In this document: positions 1 through 9,380 of the stretch, piece by piece
How positions within the stretch are numbered: the first letter of the stretch is position 1
Layout: each line of letters starts with the position of its first letter
Origin: an uncultured Phycisphaerales bacterium
GTDB lineage: Bacteria; Planctomycetota; Phycisphaerae; Tepidisphaerales; Tepidisphaeraceae
NCBI GenBank assembly: GCA_963758525.1
Contig: CAVWVQ010000003.1
Location: 1,280,001-1,344,000 of the forward strand
Reading direction: 5' to 3'
DNA length: 64,000 nt
Notes under the pieces: model-generated
The model's input: the letters and a program-made list of their open reading frames with translations, nothing else
What the model was told of the DNA's origin: nothing
Databases searched by the model: none
Program-made: the position numbers and the translations under genes

Positions 1-516
1 GTGGATCGCGCCAAACGTGTCTTTGTGCTCGCCCTTCTGTCCGCGAATCAGCGGCGAGAGAACCATGATCTTCGTGCCGGCGGGATATTTCATCACCGCA
101 TCGACGATCTGCGACGGCGTCTGCCCGCTGATCGGCCGGCCGCATTCCCAGCAGTGCGGCGTGCCGGCGCGGGCGAAGAGCACGCGCAGATAATCGTAAA
201 TCTCGGTCGTTGTCGCGACCGTCGAGCGCGGATTGCTGCTGGCCGAACGCTGCTCGATCGCGATCGTCGGCGGCAATCCTTCGATCTCGTCGACCTCCGG
301 CTTCTGCAGTTGATCGAGAAACTGCCGGGCATACGTGGAGAGCGACTCCATGTATTTCCGCTGCCCCTCGGCAAAGACCGTATCGAACGCCAGCGTCGAC
401 TTGCCGGAGCCCGACAACCCCGTGATGACGACCAGTTGATCGCGTGGAATCTCCACGTCGATATTCTTGAGATTGTGTTCGCGGGCTCCGCGGATGCGGA
501 TAGACTTCAAACTCAT
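1..516 (-). CDS. uvrA: Excinuclease ABC subunit A, 5' part (runs off the window)
   Basis: Manual minus-strand translation from ATG at 516 gives [67 protein letters not shown], the UvrA N-terminus with Walker A. Absent from the ORF track because it is open at the edge. Confidence 0.97.
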   Translation of the reverse strand, partial: MSLKSIRIRGAREHNLKNIDVEIPRDQLVVITGLSGSGKSTLAFDTVFAEGQRKYMESLSTYARQFLDQLQKPEVDEIEGLPPTIAIEQRSASSNPRSTVATTTEIYDYLRVLFARAGTPHCWECGRPISGQTPSQIVDAVMKYPAGTKIMVLSPLIRGQKGEHKDTFGAIH

Positions 517-580
517 GCGTTTCTCAATTGCTTCGCGGAAACAAGGCACACCGCGCCGACGAGCGCAAGCCCTCGATCGT

Positions 581-1897
581 ATGGAAGATGTACGGGCAAG
601 GCAAAGGGGGCTGGGGGAAGGCACGAAGGCACTGAGGCACGAAGGCGCGAAGGGAAACGCGGAGAAGCGGATTGCCAGCGGAGCGCACGGGCGCGAGGGA
701 CGTGTACGAATCAATCGCGGTGGCGGTCGCTGCTTAGCCGCGACGCGAAGCGGAGCGAGTCCAACAGCGTGGGTTGCGGGAAAGTCGTTCGCGAGCCTAC
801 TCGCAGTTCTGTTGATTCTCTTCCTCGCGCCGGAGTCGAAAGCATCCGACGCCAATAAACCGAAAGCGGCCGTATTTCCTCTCGCGGGAACCGCATCGGA
901 TGAGGCTCGCGAGAAGGTGGGATTCGCACTTCGAACAAAACTGAACCGTGACGGAGCGTTCGACGCGATTGATGGTCCGACCATGTTGGAGATCGCCGCC
1001 GGACCGATCGCGCTGGACGCGAAAGTGGAATTGCTCAAACAGAGGGTCGCGGAGGAACGGCCGGCGGTTCTGCTCTGGGGCGAACTCAACGGAGAGGATG
1101 TGTTGACGTTAAAGGTGAAGCTGCTGGACCTCCGCCAAGCCGACGCGCAGGTGCGGGAGATCGATCAAACCATCGCTGAGCCAACGCAGCTTCGGTTCGC
1201 GGTCGAGAGCATTCTGGAAACGATTCCCGGCGTCAAAGCATTCGCCCATCCCAATGAACAGGGTATTACCGATGATCCGGCGGCTGCCGCACTCTGGAGG
1301 AAGAATCCCAATCTTTTGAAAGATGGCAGCTTTGCCGATGGGCGGAGCTGGTCGGCGTTATTCCGCTCGGAAAAGTATGCCCCGGAAGTCGGCGACGCTC
1401 TCCCCGAAGAAGACAAAGTCTGCATCTGTCGCCTGCCTGGTGACAAACCAGGGGACGCACCGCACAACGTGCTGGCCATGCGACTCTCCGAAGCCGCCGC
1501 GGAGAGCAATGGCCTGGCCTGTATTTCGGAGGCGTTCAAGATTGAGCCGAAGACGCGTTATCGCATGAGCTTTCGCTACCGCAGTGATGGGCCGACGCTC
1601 CATGTCTTCGTGAAGGGCTACTACCAGACAACCGGCATCGCCGGAGATCCCGCAGCGATCGAAGACTACCGGCGGCAGACTACCCCAAGCGGACCGACCG
1701 ATGGGAAATGGGTGACCGTCACCGACGATCTGAATCCGCAGAATCCGGATCATCCGGTGGAGACGCTGCGCGTCGATTTGTACGCGTATATGCACAGCGG
1801 CCTGGTCATGTTTGACGACGTCATCGTGAGAGCGGTCGGCGTGCAGACACGTCACGCGGAAGATGATGCACTCCGGCCGGCCAGCACCCAACCTTGA
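581..1897 (+). CDS. Hypothetical exported protein with a probable C-terminal carbohydrate-binding-like beta-sandwich; start uncertain, possibly nearer 770-810
   Basis: Signal-like hydrophobic stretch [14 protein letters not shown], then a globular region; NLLKDGSF...YRMSFRYRS resembles CBM4/9-type domains. Confidence 0.6.
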   Translation: MEDVRARQRGLGEGTKALRHEGAKGNAEKRIASGAHGREGRVRINRGGGRCLAATRSGASPTAWVAGKSFASLLAVLLILFLAPESKASDANKPKAAVFPLAGTASDEAREKVGFALRTKLNRDGAFDAIDGPTMLEIAAGPIALDAKVELLKQRVAEERPAVLLWGELNGEDVLTLKVKLLDLRQADAQVREIDQTIAEPTQLRFAVESILETIPGVKAFAHPNEQGITDDPAAAALWRKNPNLLKDGSFADGRSWSALFRSEKYAPEVGDALPEEDKVCICRLPGDKPGDAPHNVLAMRLSEAAAESNGLACISEAFKIEPKTRYRMSFRYRSDGPTLHVFVKGYYQTTGIAGDPAAIEDYRRQTTPSGPTDGKWVTVTDDLNPQNPDHPVETLRVDLYAYMHSGLVMFDDVIVRAVGVQTRHAEDDALRPASTQP

Positions 1898-2118
1898 TTG
1901 CCAACGCATTGGGGATTCGCGCCATTGGTAGTTTCGGGGGAACGCGGAAGGAGCGGGCGGGCGGAGACCGCACGTCCCTCAGAGACACGCGCGCCGCCTT
2001 TTTTCCGCCTGGCTAAGAGAGATTGCCACAAAAACACAAAGACACAAAAGAAGCAGGACGCGGTGATCGTCTCCCCGCCTCAGCCGGGGCCGGTCAGGGA
2101 AAACCTCTTACTCCCCCG

Positions 2119-2134
2119 CGGCATCCGGATTGCG
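2119..2134 (+). promoter_or_regulatory. Candidate sigma-54 (-24/-12) promoter
   Basis: CGGCATCCGGATTGCG has GG-N10-GC spacing with TTGC, about 45 nt upstream of the ATG at 2179. Confidence 0.35.
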
Positions 2135-2178
2135 GTTCACTCCGGCGTAACTCAACCCTTTTCACTGAGGAGAACCAT

Positions 2179-2715
2179 ATGCGCGCATCACGACTCGCTT
2201 CGCTTTCGGCTACTGCCGCCTTTGCGGCCCTTTTGCTCGGGTCGAATGGACCTCGGGCTTTGGCGGCGGATGTAAGTGATGCTGATAAGGCTTTCGTTAC
2301 CGCTGCCGCCAGCGGTGGCATGGCGGAGGTCAAACTCGGCCAATATGCCGCGGACAATGCCTCGGAGAAAAAGGTCAAGGGCTTTGGGAAGCACATGGTC
2401 AAGGACCATACCAAGGCCAATAAAGAGCTACAGGAGATAGCCGCCAAGGAGAGCGTAGATTTCCCCCCGACCGAAACAAAGGAGGATTCTGACAAAGGCG
2501 CGCCGCTGATGAAGCTGACCGGAACCGAGTTCGACAAGGCGTATGTGGCGGCGATGGTCGAGGATCACCAGAAAACCATCGAGCTGTTCCAAAACGAGGC
2601 CAATAGCGGGACCGATCCGGCGTTGAAGAAATTTGCGGCCGACACCCTGCCGACTCTCAAGAAACATCTCGAGATGGCTCAGAAACTGCAGGACACGGTA
2701 AACGGCTCAAAATGA
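2179..2715 (+). CDS. DUF4142-domain exported protein
   Basis: GAGGAG RBS, signal peptide, and motifs DKAFV..AA.GGMAEVKLG, FG..MVKDH.KAN.EL, FDKAYV..MVEDH, TLPTL..HL.MA. Confidence 0.88.
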   Translation: MRASRLASLSATAAFAALLLGSNGPRALAADVSDADKAFVTAAASGGMAEVKLGQYAADNASEKKVKGFGKHMVKDHTKANKELQEIAAKESVDFPPTETKEDSDKGAPLMKLTGTEFDKAYVAAMVEDHQKTIELFQNEANSGTDPALKKFAADTLPTLKKHLEMAQKLQDTVNGSK

Positions 2716-2751
2716 AGCCGCGGACAATTAAGGAATATCCGGCGTTTAGTG

Positions 2752-2786
2752 ATGAACGTCCGTCGGAAGGCGGACGTTCATTTTTT
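2752..2786 (+). terminator. Rho-independent terminator
   Basis: ATGAACGTCCG/CGGACGTTCAT stem followed by a T run, just downstream of the DUF4142 gene. Confidence 0.85.
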
Positions 2787-2848
2787 GACACCTGCGCTAA
2801 GTGACCTTACGCGAACACACGCTGTCAATCTGCCAGGTGCCGCGCAAT

Positions 2849-2966
2849 CCACGAAGAGGGAACACGAATCACCACGAATGAAGCACGAATCTCACGAATA
2901 AACGCGGGGAATCTGTTCGTGAAGATTCGTGCGAATTCGTGTGGATTCGTGTTCTGCATTTCTCGG
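2849..2966. repeat. Inverted pair of CACGAAT / ATTCGTG tandem arrays (copy 1)
   Basis: About 4 CACGAAT units followed by about 4 TTCGTG units; related element at 48103-48227. Confidence 0.8.
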
Positions 2967-3100
2967 CACCTGCGGACCGTGCGGGATCGCGCACGGTCAT
3001 TTAGGGCCGATTTTGCAAATTTAGAGTTGCGCCGGGGCAGCGGCGTATGTAACGGCGCACTTGAGCCGTTGCCGAACGGTCTGCGGATTGCCGTGGGGCG

Positions 3101-3475
3101 CTATGTCCGGGCTTTCTCCACCCACACCGGCGGCGGGGTAATCTCGTCGGCGGGACGCTTGCCCGCATCGGCGCGGCCGCTGCCGGCGAGACGGCTGATC
3201 ACTTTCACAGTCATGTCGTGATCGCAGGAGATTTGGCAACTGAGCCGCAGCCCGGGTTGTGACAGCAGCCCGCGTGCGGCGAGAACGGATTTCTCCGCTT
3301 CAGTCATGCTTTGCGGCTCGCCGGCGATGAACTCGACTCTGCACGTGGTGCAACGGGCGTTACCGCCGCACGCGTGCAATTGGTCCGTCTTCGCTTCGTC
3401 GATGAGTGCATTGACGAGGCGTTTGCCGGATGTGACCTCAAAGGTTTCCCCGTCAGCGATGGTAAGTTTTGGCAT
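3101..3475 (-). CDS. 2Fe-2S ferredoxin
   Basis: HACGGNARCTTCRV and LRLSCQI cysteine motifs; GGAG upstream of the ATG at 3475. Confidence 0.92.
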   Translation of the reverse strand: MPKLTIADGETFEVTSGKRLVNALIDEAKTDQLHACGGNARCTTCRVEFIAGEPQSMTEAEKSVLAARGLLSQPGLRLSCQISCDHDMTVKVISRLAGSGRADAGKRPADEITPPPVWVEKART

Positions 3476-3576
3476 GCAGGCTCCTCGCGTCGTGTATAAC
3501 GCCAAGACGACGCGAGGGGAAGGACACAAAGGTTCCTGAACGCAGGATCGGCGGGCACGTCGCCCCGAGCCGGCGT

Positions 3577-3702
3577 CTAATGACCGAGCATCTTGGCAAC
3601 TATAAAGATCAAGACGGCGCCCCCGAGCCCGCCACCGAAGAGCAGATATACGAGGGAATAACCGAGAGCAGCAAGGGCATGCATTTCTGCGACGGGGATC
3701 AT
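3577..3702 (-). CDS. 41-aa small membrane protein (not in the ORF track)
   Basis: GGAGG RBS, then MIPVAEMHALAALGYSLVYLLFGGGLGGAVLIFIVAKMLGH; hydrophobic and glycine-rich; co-oriented upstream of the ferredoxin. Confidence 0.7.
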   Translation of the reverse strand: MIPVAEMHALAALGYSLVYLLFGGGLGGAVLIFIVAKMLGH

Positions 3703-3886
3703 AACGGCCTCCAAAATAGTTGAGAAGTAAACGAACGCGACCGTCGAAAGTGCAAAGGCTGTACCATGTCACGCGGGGCGCGTGCGCGCCTGATCGCCTG
3801 GGGGCACAGATTCCGCGTTGCCGCGCGTGGCGGCTTGGAGTTATAGGCTACTTGTCTGGTCCAGACGTTCGCGACCGCTCGACGTG

Positions 3887-4299
3887 ATGCAGATTGATTG
3901 GCGGCAAATTGTCGGGTTGTTTATTCTTGCCATTCCCATCGCTTCGATTGGCGCACGGTCGTCTTCGAAGAGATTTTCCGCGAGCCGCGGGAGTGGTGCA
4001 GTCATCGCAGCAAAGTCTGCAGTTCCTTCCTGGAGCGAAAATTTTTTTATCTGTTCACCTGTGAGTACTGCTTCAGCCACTACGTTACAGCCGCGTTTCT
4101 TCTGATAACCCGCTTCAAGCTCCTCTACGATGACTGGCGCGGCTACTTGATCGCCTTTTTTTCGCTGGTTTTCGTCGCCAACGCCTACCTGAATCTCTAC
4201 AGCCAGGTGCGCGTCGAAATCGCCAGCGAGAAAAAGACGATTGAGGTCAAGGAAAAGACCATCAAAGCGGCCGACCCTCCTGGTTCGATCCCGCAGTAG
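3887..4299 (+). CDS. Small membrane protein with a CEYC motif; apparent frameshift near 3950
   Basis: MQIDWRQIVGLFILAIPIASI in one frame continues as RTVVFEEIFREPRE...FTCEYCFSHYV in another; length is 1 nt short of a multiple of 3. Confidence 0.65.
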
Positions 4300-4365
4300 C
4301 GGCGGAAATTTGCATACGCCGGTAGAGGGGGCAGGCGCAGATATGGTCGTGCCTCCTCGTGCATC

Positions 4366-4508
4366 GGGTGTAACTTTTATTTGTGGCGATTGCAGATTTT
4401 GCGATCGTAGGGCGGGATTCATCCCGCCGTTTTCTCAGCCGGCCAACAAATCGGCGGGATGAATCCCGCCCTACTCGGAGCCGATCGCCACTTTCGAGCG
4501 CCACACCC
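4366..4508 (+). mobile_element. 143-bp MITE-like element, copy 1, carrying a GTAG REP doublet
   Basis: Identical by eye to 8517-8659; ends GGGTGT...ACACCC; flanked by the direct repeat CGTGCATC. Confidence 0.85.
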
Positions 4509-4598
4509 CGTGCATCCGTTGCTGTTCGCGTGATTTGGGAAGTTCCCCGGCATGGCGTAAGATGAAGTTCACGGACGATTTCTCTTTGCGAGCCAGGG

Positions 4599-6362
4599 AT
4601 GCAGTGCGCCAAACGTTGGAACATCGCACCGCCCGATCCTGCCGCGGCGGATCTTGCCGCCCGGTTGAAGACCTCGCCTCTCATCGCACAAATTCTCCTG
4701 AATCGCGGCGTCAGCGCGCCCGAAGCAGCGAGAGAATTCCTTGCTCCGTCACTCAAGACGCTGCATGAACCGGCCGGAATTCTGAACTTGACGCAAGCCG
4801 CTCAGCGCGTCGCACACGCGATTCGTGAAAAGCAGCGCATCGTCATCTACGGCGATTACGACGTGGACGGCATCACCGCGACGGCGATTCTCTGGCACGC
4901 CATCCGCCGGCTCGGAGGCAGCGCCGAGTTCTATATCCCCCACCGCATCGAAGAGGGGTACGGCCTGAATTCCGACGCCATCACCCAACTCTGCGACGAG
5001 GGAGCGCAACTGATCATCTCGGTCGATTGCGGCGTGAGCGCAATCGGACCGGCACAGATCGCCCGAACGCGCGGTGTCGATCTGATCATCACGGATCATC
5101 ATGAGTGGCGGCATCAGCCGGGTACGGAAATTCCCCTGCTTCCCGATTGTCACAGCGTCGTGCATCCGCGACTGGGCGATTGCGAGCCGGGCTATCCCAA
5201 CCCCCATCTCTGCGGCGCTGGCGTCGCGTTCAAACTCGCCTGGGGCATCGGCATCGCCCTCAACGGTGCGCTGCGCGTGAGCAGCGACTTCCGCGAATTC
5301 CTGGTCGACGCAACCGCCCTGGCGGCACTCGGAACCATTGCCGACGTGGTGCCGCTGCAGGGGGAGAATCGCGTCCTGGCGCACTTCGGACTCAGCGGCC
5401 TGCGCAATACGCGATTGAACGGACTGCGAGCGCTGATCGCGTCAGCCGGTCTGACCGGCCAGAAGCTCGACAGCTTCGACGTGGGTTTCCGGCTCGCTCC
5501 ACGACTTAATGCCTGCGGACGGATGGGGCACGCGCGGCTGGCGGTCGAGATGCTTACCTCCGCGACAGAGGAGAAGGCTCGGGAGATTGCCGAGTATCTC
5601 GATCAGCAAAATCGCGCCCGTCAGGCAATCGAGCGAAAAATTCTCGACGAGGCGATCGATCAGGTGATGCGCAACGGATGGGACAGCGACGCGCAGCGGG
5701 CGCTGGTGCTGGGAGCCGACAACTGGCATCCCGGAGTGATCGGCATCGTCGCCTCGCGCATCGTCGAGTGCTTTCATCGCCCTACCGTGATGCTTGCCAT
5801 CACCAATGGCCATGCGCAGGGCAGCGCACGTTCAGTCGCGGGATTCCACCTGGCACGGGCGCTGGAGGCCTGCACCGAATGTCTGGAAACCCACGGCGGC
5901 CACGAAATGGCCGCCGGGATGAAACTACAGTCAGCTCGCCTCGACGATTTCCGGGCCGCCTTCTGCGCCCATGCCGGCGAATGTCTGACCGATGACATGC
6001 TCGTGCCTGAGATGAAAATCGACGCGACCGCGGAACTCCGCCAGATCACCCTCGGCTTGATGGGCGACCTGACCCGGCTAGGCCCCTTCGGCCACGGCAA
6101 CCGCCGGCCGCTGTTCGTCTGCGAAAATGTCGCGGTCGTTTCCCCCCCAAGGCGCGTCGGAAAGAGCAGCCAGCATCTTCAGATGCAAGTGCGTCAGGCC
6201 GACCAGTGCATGAAATGCATCGCGTTCGGCCAGGGAGATCTGGCCGAGAAACTCGAGCCCGGCCGGGTGATCGACATTGCGGTCGAGCCGTGCCTCAATG
6301 AGTACAACGGACGAACCAGCGTCGAACTGGAAGTGAAAGACCTGCGGTTGAAACCAGAATGA
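4599..6362 (+). CDS. recJ: Single-stranded-DNA-specific exonuclease RecJ
   Basis: YGDYDVDG, PHRIEEGYG, TDHH, GTIADVVPL, GGHEMAAG and PFGHGN motifs. Confidence 0.97.
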   Translation: MQCAKRWNIAPPDPAAADLAARLKTSPLIAQILLNRGVSAPEAAREFLAPSLKTLHEPAGILNLTQAAQRVAHAIREKQRIVIYGDYDVDGITATAILWHAIRRLGGSAEFYIPHRIEEGYGLNSDAITQLCDEGAQLIISVDCGVSAIGPAQIARTRGVDLIITDHHEWRHQPGTEIPLLPDCHSVVHPRLGDCEPGYPNPHLCGAGVAFKLAWGIGIALNGALRVSSDFREFLVDATALAALGTIADVVPLQGENRVLAHFGLSGLRNTRLNGLRALIASAGLTGQKLDSFDVGFRLAPRLNACGRMGHARLAVEMLTSATEEKAREIAEYLDQQNRARQAIERKILDEAIDQVMRNGWDSDAQRALVLGADNWHPGVIGIVASRIVECFHRPTVMLAITNGHAQGSARSVAGFHLARALEACTECLETHGGHEMAAGMKLQSARLDDFRAAFCAHAGECLTDDMLVPEMKIDATAELRQITLGLMGDLTRLGPFGHGNRRPLFVCENVAVVSPPRRVGKSSQHLQMQVRQADQCMKCIAFGQGDLAEKLEPGRVIDIAVEPCLNEYNGRTSVELEVKDLRLKPE

Positions 6363-6592
6363 CGAAACCCGAAACCAGAATCAAAGAATCAAACCCGAAA
6401 CCAGAATGACGAATGATGAAATGCTGGAAAGACGCACGGTTTCGACATCTTTCATCGAGAGTCGCAAGTCGGCGTCATTGTTCGAGGGACTGGCTCCGCG
6501 AACTCCATTTCGTCATTCGTCATTCGGGCTTCGGGTTTGATTCTGGTTTCGGGTTTCGTCATTCGGGTTTTTAATGGTTCTGGTTTCGTCAT
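6352..6592. repeat. Inverted arrays of GAATGAC/GAAACCC/GAAACCA heptamers between convergent recJ and purU
   Basis: The left arm (gaatgacgaaacccgaaaccagaatcaaa...) is largely the reverse complement of the right arm (...tttgattctggtttcgggtttcgtcattc). Confidence 0.85.
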
Positions 6593-7494
6593 CAGAGTTT
6601 TGCGTTACTACGACGTCCGTCCAGAAACCGGCTGATCCCCGGTTTGAAGATCACCTTGCCGTCGACCACCACGAGTTCTTCATCCAGGAAAAGCTGAACG
6701 GCCTTGGCAAGCACGATCGATTCGAGTTGCAGGCCCTTGCTCTTCACGTCGTCGACGCTGTCGGCACCGACGTTGATGTGAAAGACATCCTGTAGAATCA
6801 CCGGCCCCTCGTCGAGCTGTTCGGTCACGAAATGGGCAGTGCAACCATGCACGCGAACGCCGCTTTCGTACGCTCGGCGATAGGGCGCGGCTCCAGGAAA
6901 ATACGGCAGCAGCGAGGGATGAATATTGATGATCCGGCTGGGAAATGCGGAGACAATCTGGGGCGGCAAAATGCGCATGTACCGCGCGAGAACGACCAGA
7001 TCGGGGCCGAACGTTTGAAGCTGCCGCAGCAGCCATGCGAAATGCGCGGCCGGATCAGCGGCGTCATGCCACGCGAACGGGACATTTGCCGCGATTGCGA
7101 TCGGCTCCAGATCGGGATGATTCGCCAGCACACAGGCAATCTCGCCGTGCAGTTTTCCTTCGCTCAGCTCGTCGATCAGCCGTTGCAGACAGTGAGGCTC
7201 CTTGCTGACCAGCACTGCGAGCCTCTTGCGGCGTCTTTCGCCGTGCAAGTGCACGCGAACTTCCATGTCGATCCTTTTGCCCAGCGCGAGCAGGCCGGTG
7301 ATGAGTTCCGAAAGGTCGCAGGTGAGGTCCGCCAGATCGACCAGCATGTCCATGAGGAAGAAACCGCGAACGACGCGTTGCTCGATGTCCTCGATGTTGA
7401 TGCCGCGCTCCGCCATGTAGGTGGCGAACTGCGCAACGACGCCCTTCTGATCTTTTCCCAGCACGCTGACAACCGCCAGAACCGCCCGTGGCAC
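6592..7494 (-). CDS. purU: Formyltetrahydrofolate deformylase
   Basis: N-terminal ACT domain (GKDQKGVVA), VSKEPHCL, LARYMRIL, INIHPSLLP, AHFVTEQLDEGP; GGAGGAG RBS before the GTG. Confidence 0.93.
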   Translation of the reverse strand: MPRAVLAVVSVLGKDQKGVVAQFATYMAERGINIEDIEQRVVRGFFLMDMLVDLADLTCDLSELITGLLALGKRIDMEVRVHLHGERRRKRLAVLVSKEPHCLQRLIDELSEGKLHGEIACVLANHPDLEPIAIAANVPFAWHDAADPAAHFAWLLRQLQTFGPDLVVLARYMRILPPQIVSAFPSRIINIHPSLLPYFPGAAPYRRAYESGVRVHGCTAHFVTEQLDEGPVILQDVFHINVGADSVDDVKSKGLQLESIVLAKAVQLFLDEELVVVDGKVIFKPGISRFLDGRRSNAKL

Positions 7495-7624
7495 GCGTCG
7501 CTCCTCCAAAACAGTGGAGTCTATTGTATGCAATGACCGGTGGCACAGCCGCCTGCCGGCTGTGGAGGTTGATGGCGAAGCCGCCCGCAATTGCGGGGAG
7601 GATGTGTAGCAGCTTTTGGAGCGA

Positions 7625-8023
7625 TCAGGGCCCCGCGACCTCTGCGTGCGCCCATGCCACCGCGGCGGATGCCAGTCGAACCGCGCCGGCCCGGTCGAAG
7701 CGGTCGTGGTCCCCTGTGACGGGCGGCAGTTCGTCATACCTGAACGCGACGGCAAATGGTGTGAGAGTCACACTGGACGACAAGGCATCGGGAAAATCGA
7801 TCGCGTGTTCGGTCGCCAGCTCGATCAACTCCGACAAGTCGTGGGTCCGGCGATACGGGACGCCGCGGTAAGACAGCACACACTTGATCGCCTTCTCCAC
7901 CGCCTGCTGGCAGAAAAATCCGAGATGTTCGTCCGACACCGACGTGTCCGCCGCCAGCTTCGCCGCAAGTCCCGCGTCCTGCCCCGCCTTGCGGAGCATC
8001 ATCTGATAGGGATCAGGCGGCAT
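7625..8023 (-). CDS. HEPN-domain protein (putative toxin)
   Basis: GFFCQQAVEKAIK, THDLSEL and terminal RY motif typical of HEPN; overlaps the upstream MNT gene. Confidence 0.88.
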   Translation of the reverse strand: MPPDPYQMMLRKAGQDAGLAAKLAADTSVSDEHLGFFCQQAVEKAIKCVLSYRGVPYRRTHDLSELIELATEHAIDFPDALSSSVTLTPFAVAFRYDELPPVTGDHDRFDRAGAVRLASAAVAWAHAEVAGP

Positions 8024-8357
8024 AACTGCGCCCTTCCCGCGCCGCCTCATACACGACGTTATTGATCTTGTCCTTCCACGCTTCAAACCCTTCGCGGCTG
8101 ACGACTAACACGTCCACGGGGATGCGCAGCGCACGCAGCACCTGGCGCAGGCGAACCATCTCAGTCCGTGCTCCACTCACGAGCGGCTCGACCACCAGGA
8201 AGTCCAGATCGCTGTCCGCCGTGGCATCCCCTCGCGCGTAAGATCCGAATAAAATCACTTCGGACCCTTCCGGCGCTGCGTCCAGCAGCAAGTGTGCGGC
8301 CCGGTCAATCGTCGCCTGTGGGATCAACCCCTGTTTATCGTTTCGCCATGCGTTCAC
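8013..8357 (-). CDS. Minimal nucleotidyltransferase (MNT, putative antitoxin)
   Basis: VILFGSYARG...DSDLDFLVV signature; GAGGTG RBS before the GTG at 8357. Confidence 0.9.
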   Translation of the reverse strand: MNAWRNDKQGLIPQATIDRAAHLLLDAAPEGSEVILFGSYARGDATADSDLDFLVVEPLVSGARTEMVRLRQVLRALRIPVDVLVVSREGFEAWKDKINNVVYEAAREGRSYAA

Positions 8358-8516
8358 ATCATCACCTCGTGCGTCGATTATATCGTTAGTGCCTGCTCTC
8401 TGCCCGCTCCCCCAAACCATCACGTCCTGAATTTACTCGTTTGACGGCCTGGAAAACGGAGGAAACAGACCTTGCATTTTGAGTAAGGCGAACATTCAGG
8501 CGCTGGCCGAGCATTT

Positions 8517-8659
8517 GGGTGTAACTTTTATTTGTGGCGATTGCAGATTTTGCGATCGTAGGGCGGGATTCATCCCGCCGTTTTCTCAGCCGGCCAACAA
8601 ATCGGCGGGATGAATCCCGCCCTACTCGGAGCCGATCGCCACTTTCGAGCGCCACACCC
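8517..8659 (+). mobile_element. 143-bp MITE-like element, copy 2
   Basis: Same sequence as 4366-4508; flanks GAGCATTT / TAGCATTT (7 of 8 match). Confidence 0.85.
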
Positions 8660-8722
8660 TAGCATTTCAGAATCAGCCCCCCAGCGCTTCTTTGAGAGGA
8701 GTCGTTGCTACAATGGAGGCAA

Positions 8723-9322
8723 ATGGACATCGTCACAGCCATCACCGGCGCCAGCGGAGCACTCTACGCCCAGCGGTTTATTCAGGGGCTTTGCGCGGCG
8801 GGCGTGCAGACGCACCTGGTCGTGTCGCCGCTGGGCAGGCGGCTCCTGCATGATGAACTCGGGATGGAAACGGTGGATCTGACCGCGTTGGCGGGCACGC
8901 CCGAGCATTCGATCACGCTCTACAACTACAACGACGTCGGCTGCAAACTCGCCAGTGGATCATTCCTGCACGACGGGATGGTCATCGTGCCGTGCAGCAG
9001 CAATACGCTGGCGGAAGTCGCCCATGGAATCGGCGACAATCTCATCGCCCGATCGGCCGCGGTCGCGATGAAGGAGCGCCGCCGGCTGATTCTGGCGCAT
9101 CGCGAAATGCCGCTTTCGGCAATCGACGTCAATAATTACAAAGCCCTGACTGACGCCGGCGTCATCATCGCGCCGACGAACCCGGGATTCTATCTGAATC
9201 CGACCACGGTGCTGGACGTCGTCGATTTCGTCGCGGGAAAGCTGCTGGACCTGGTCGGAGTTTCGCACATGTTCGACACGCGGTGGGATCCGGCGCGTGG
9301 GAAATCTCAGGCGTCTCGATAA
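8723..9322 (+). CDS. ubiX: Flavin prenyltransferase UbiX
   Basis: AITGASGA, LASGS, PCSSNTL, DNLIAR.A.V..KERR.L, REMP and PGFY motifs. Confidence 0.95.
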   Translation: MDIVTAITGASGALYAQRFIQGLCAAGVQTHLVVSPLGRRLLHDELGMETVDLTALAGTPEHSITLYNYNDVGCKLASGSFLHDGMVIVPCSSNTLAEVAHGIGDNLIARSAAVAMKERRRLILAHREMPLSAIDVNNYKALTDAGVIIAPTNPGFYLNPTTVLDVVDFVAGKLLDLVGVSHMFDTRWDPARGKSQASR

Positions 9323-9380
9323 ACGCGCGCCCGAGCAACTGTTGGAAAAACGCTTTGAAAGAATTGAGAGACCGGATCTC

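Noticed and set aside
1..858. 285-aa plus-strand ORF
   Set aside because: Antisense shadow of uvrA, which is clearly encoded on the minus strand.
4366..8659. Composite transposon carrying recJ-purU-HEPN/MNT between the two MITE copies
   Set aside because: Each copy has its own different target duplication, indicating independent insertions.
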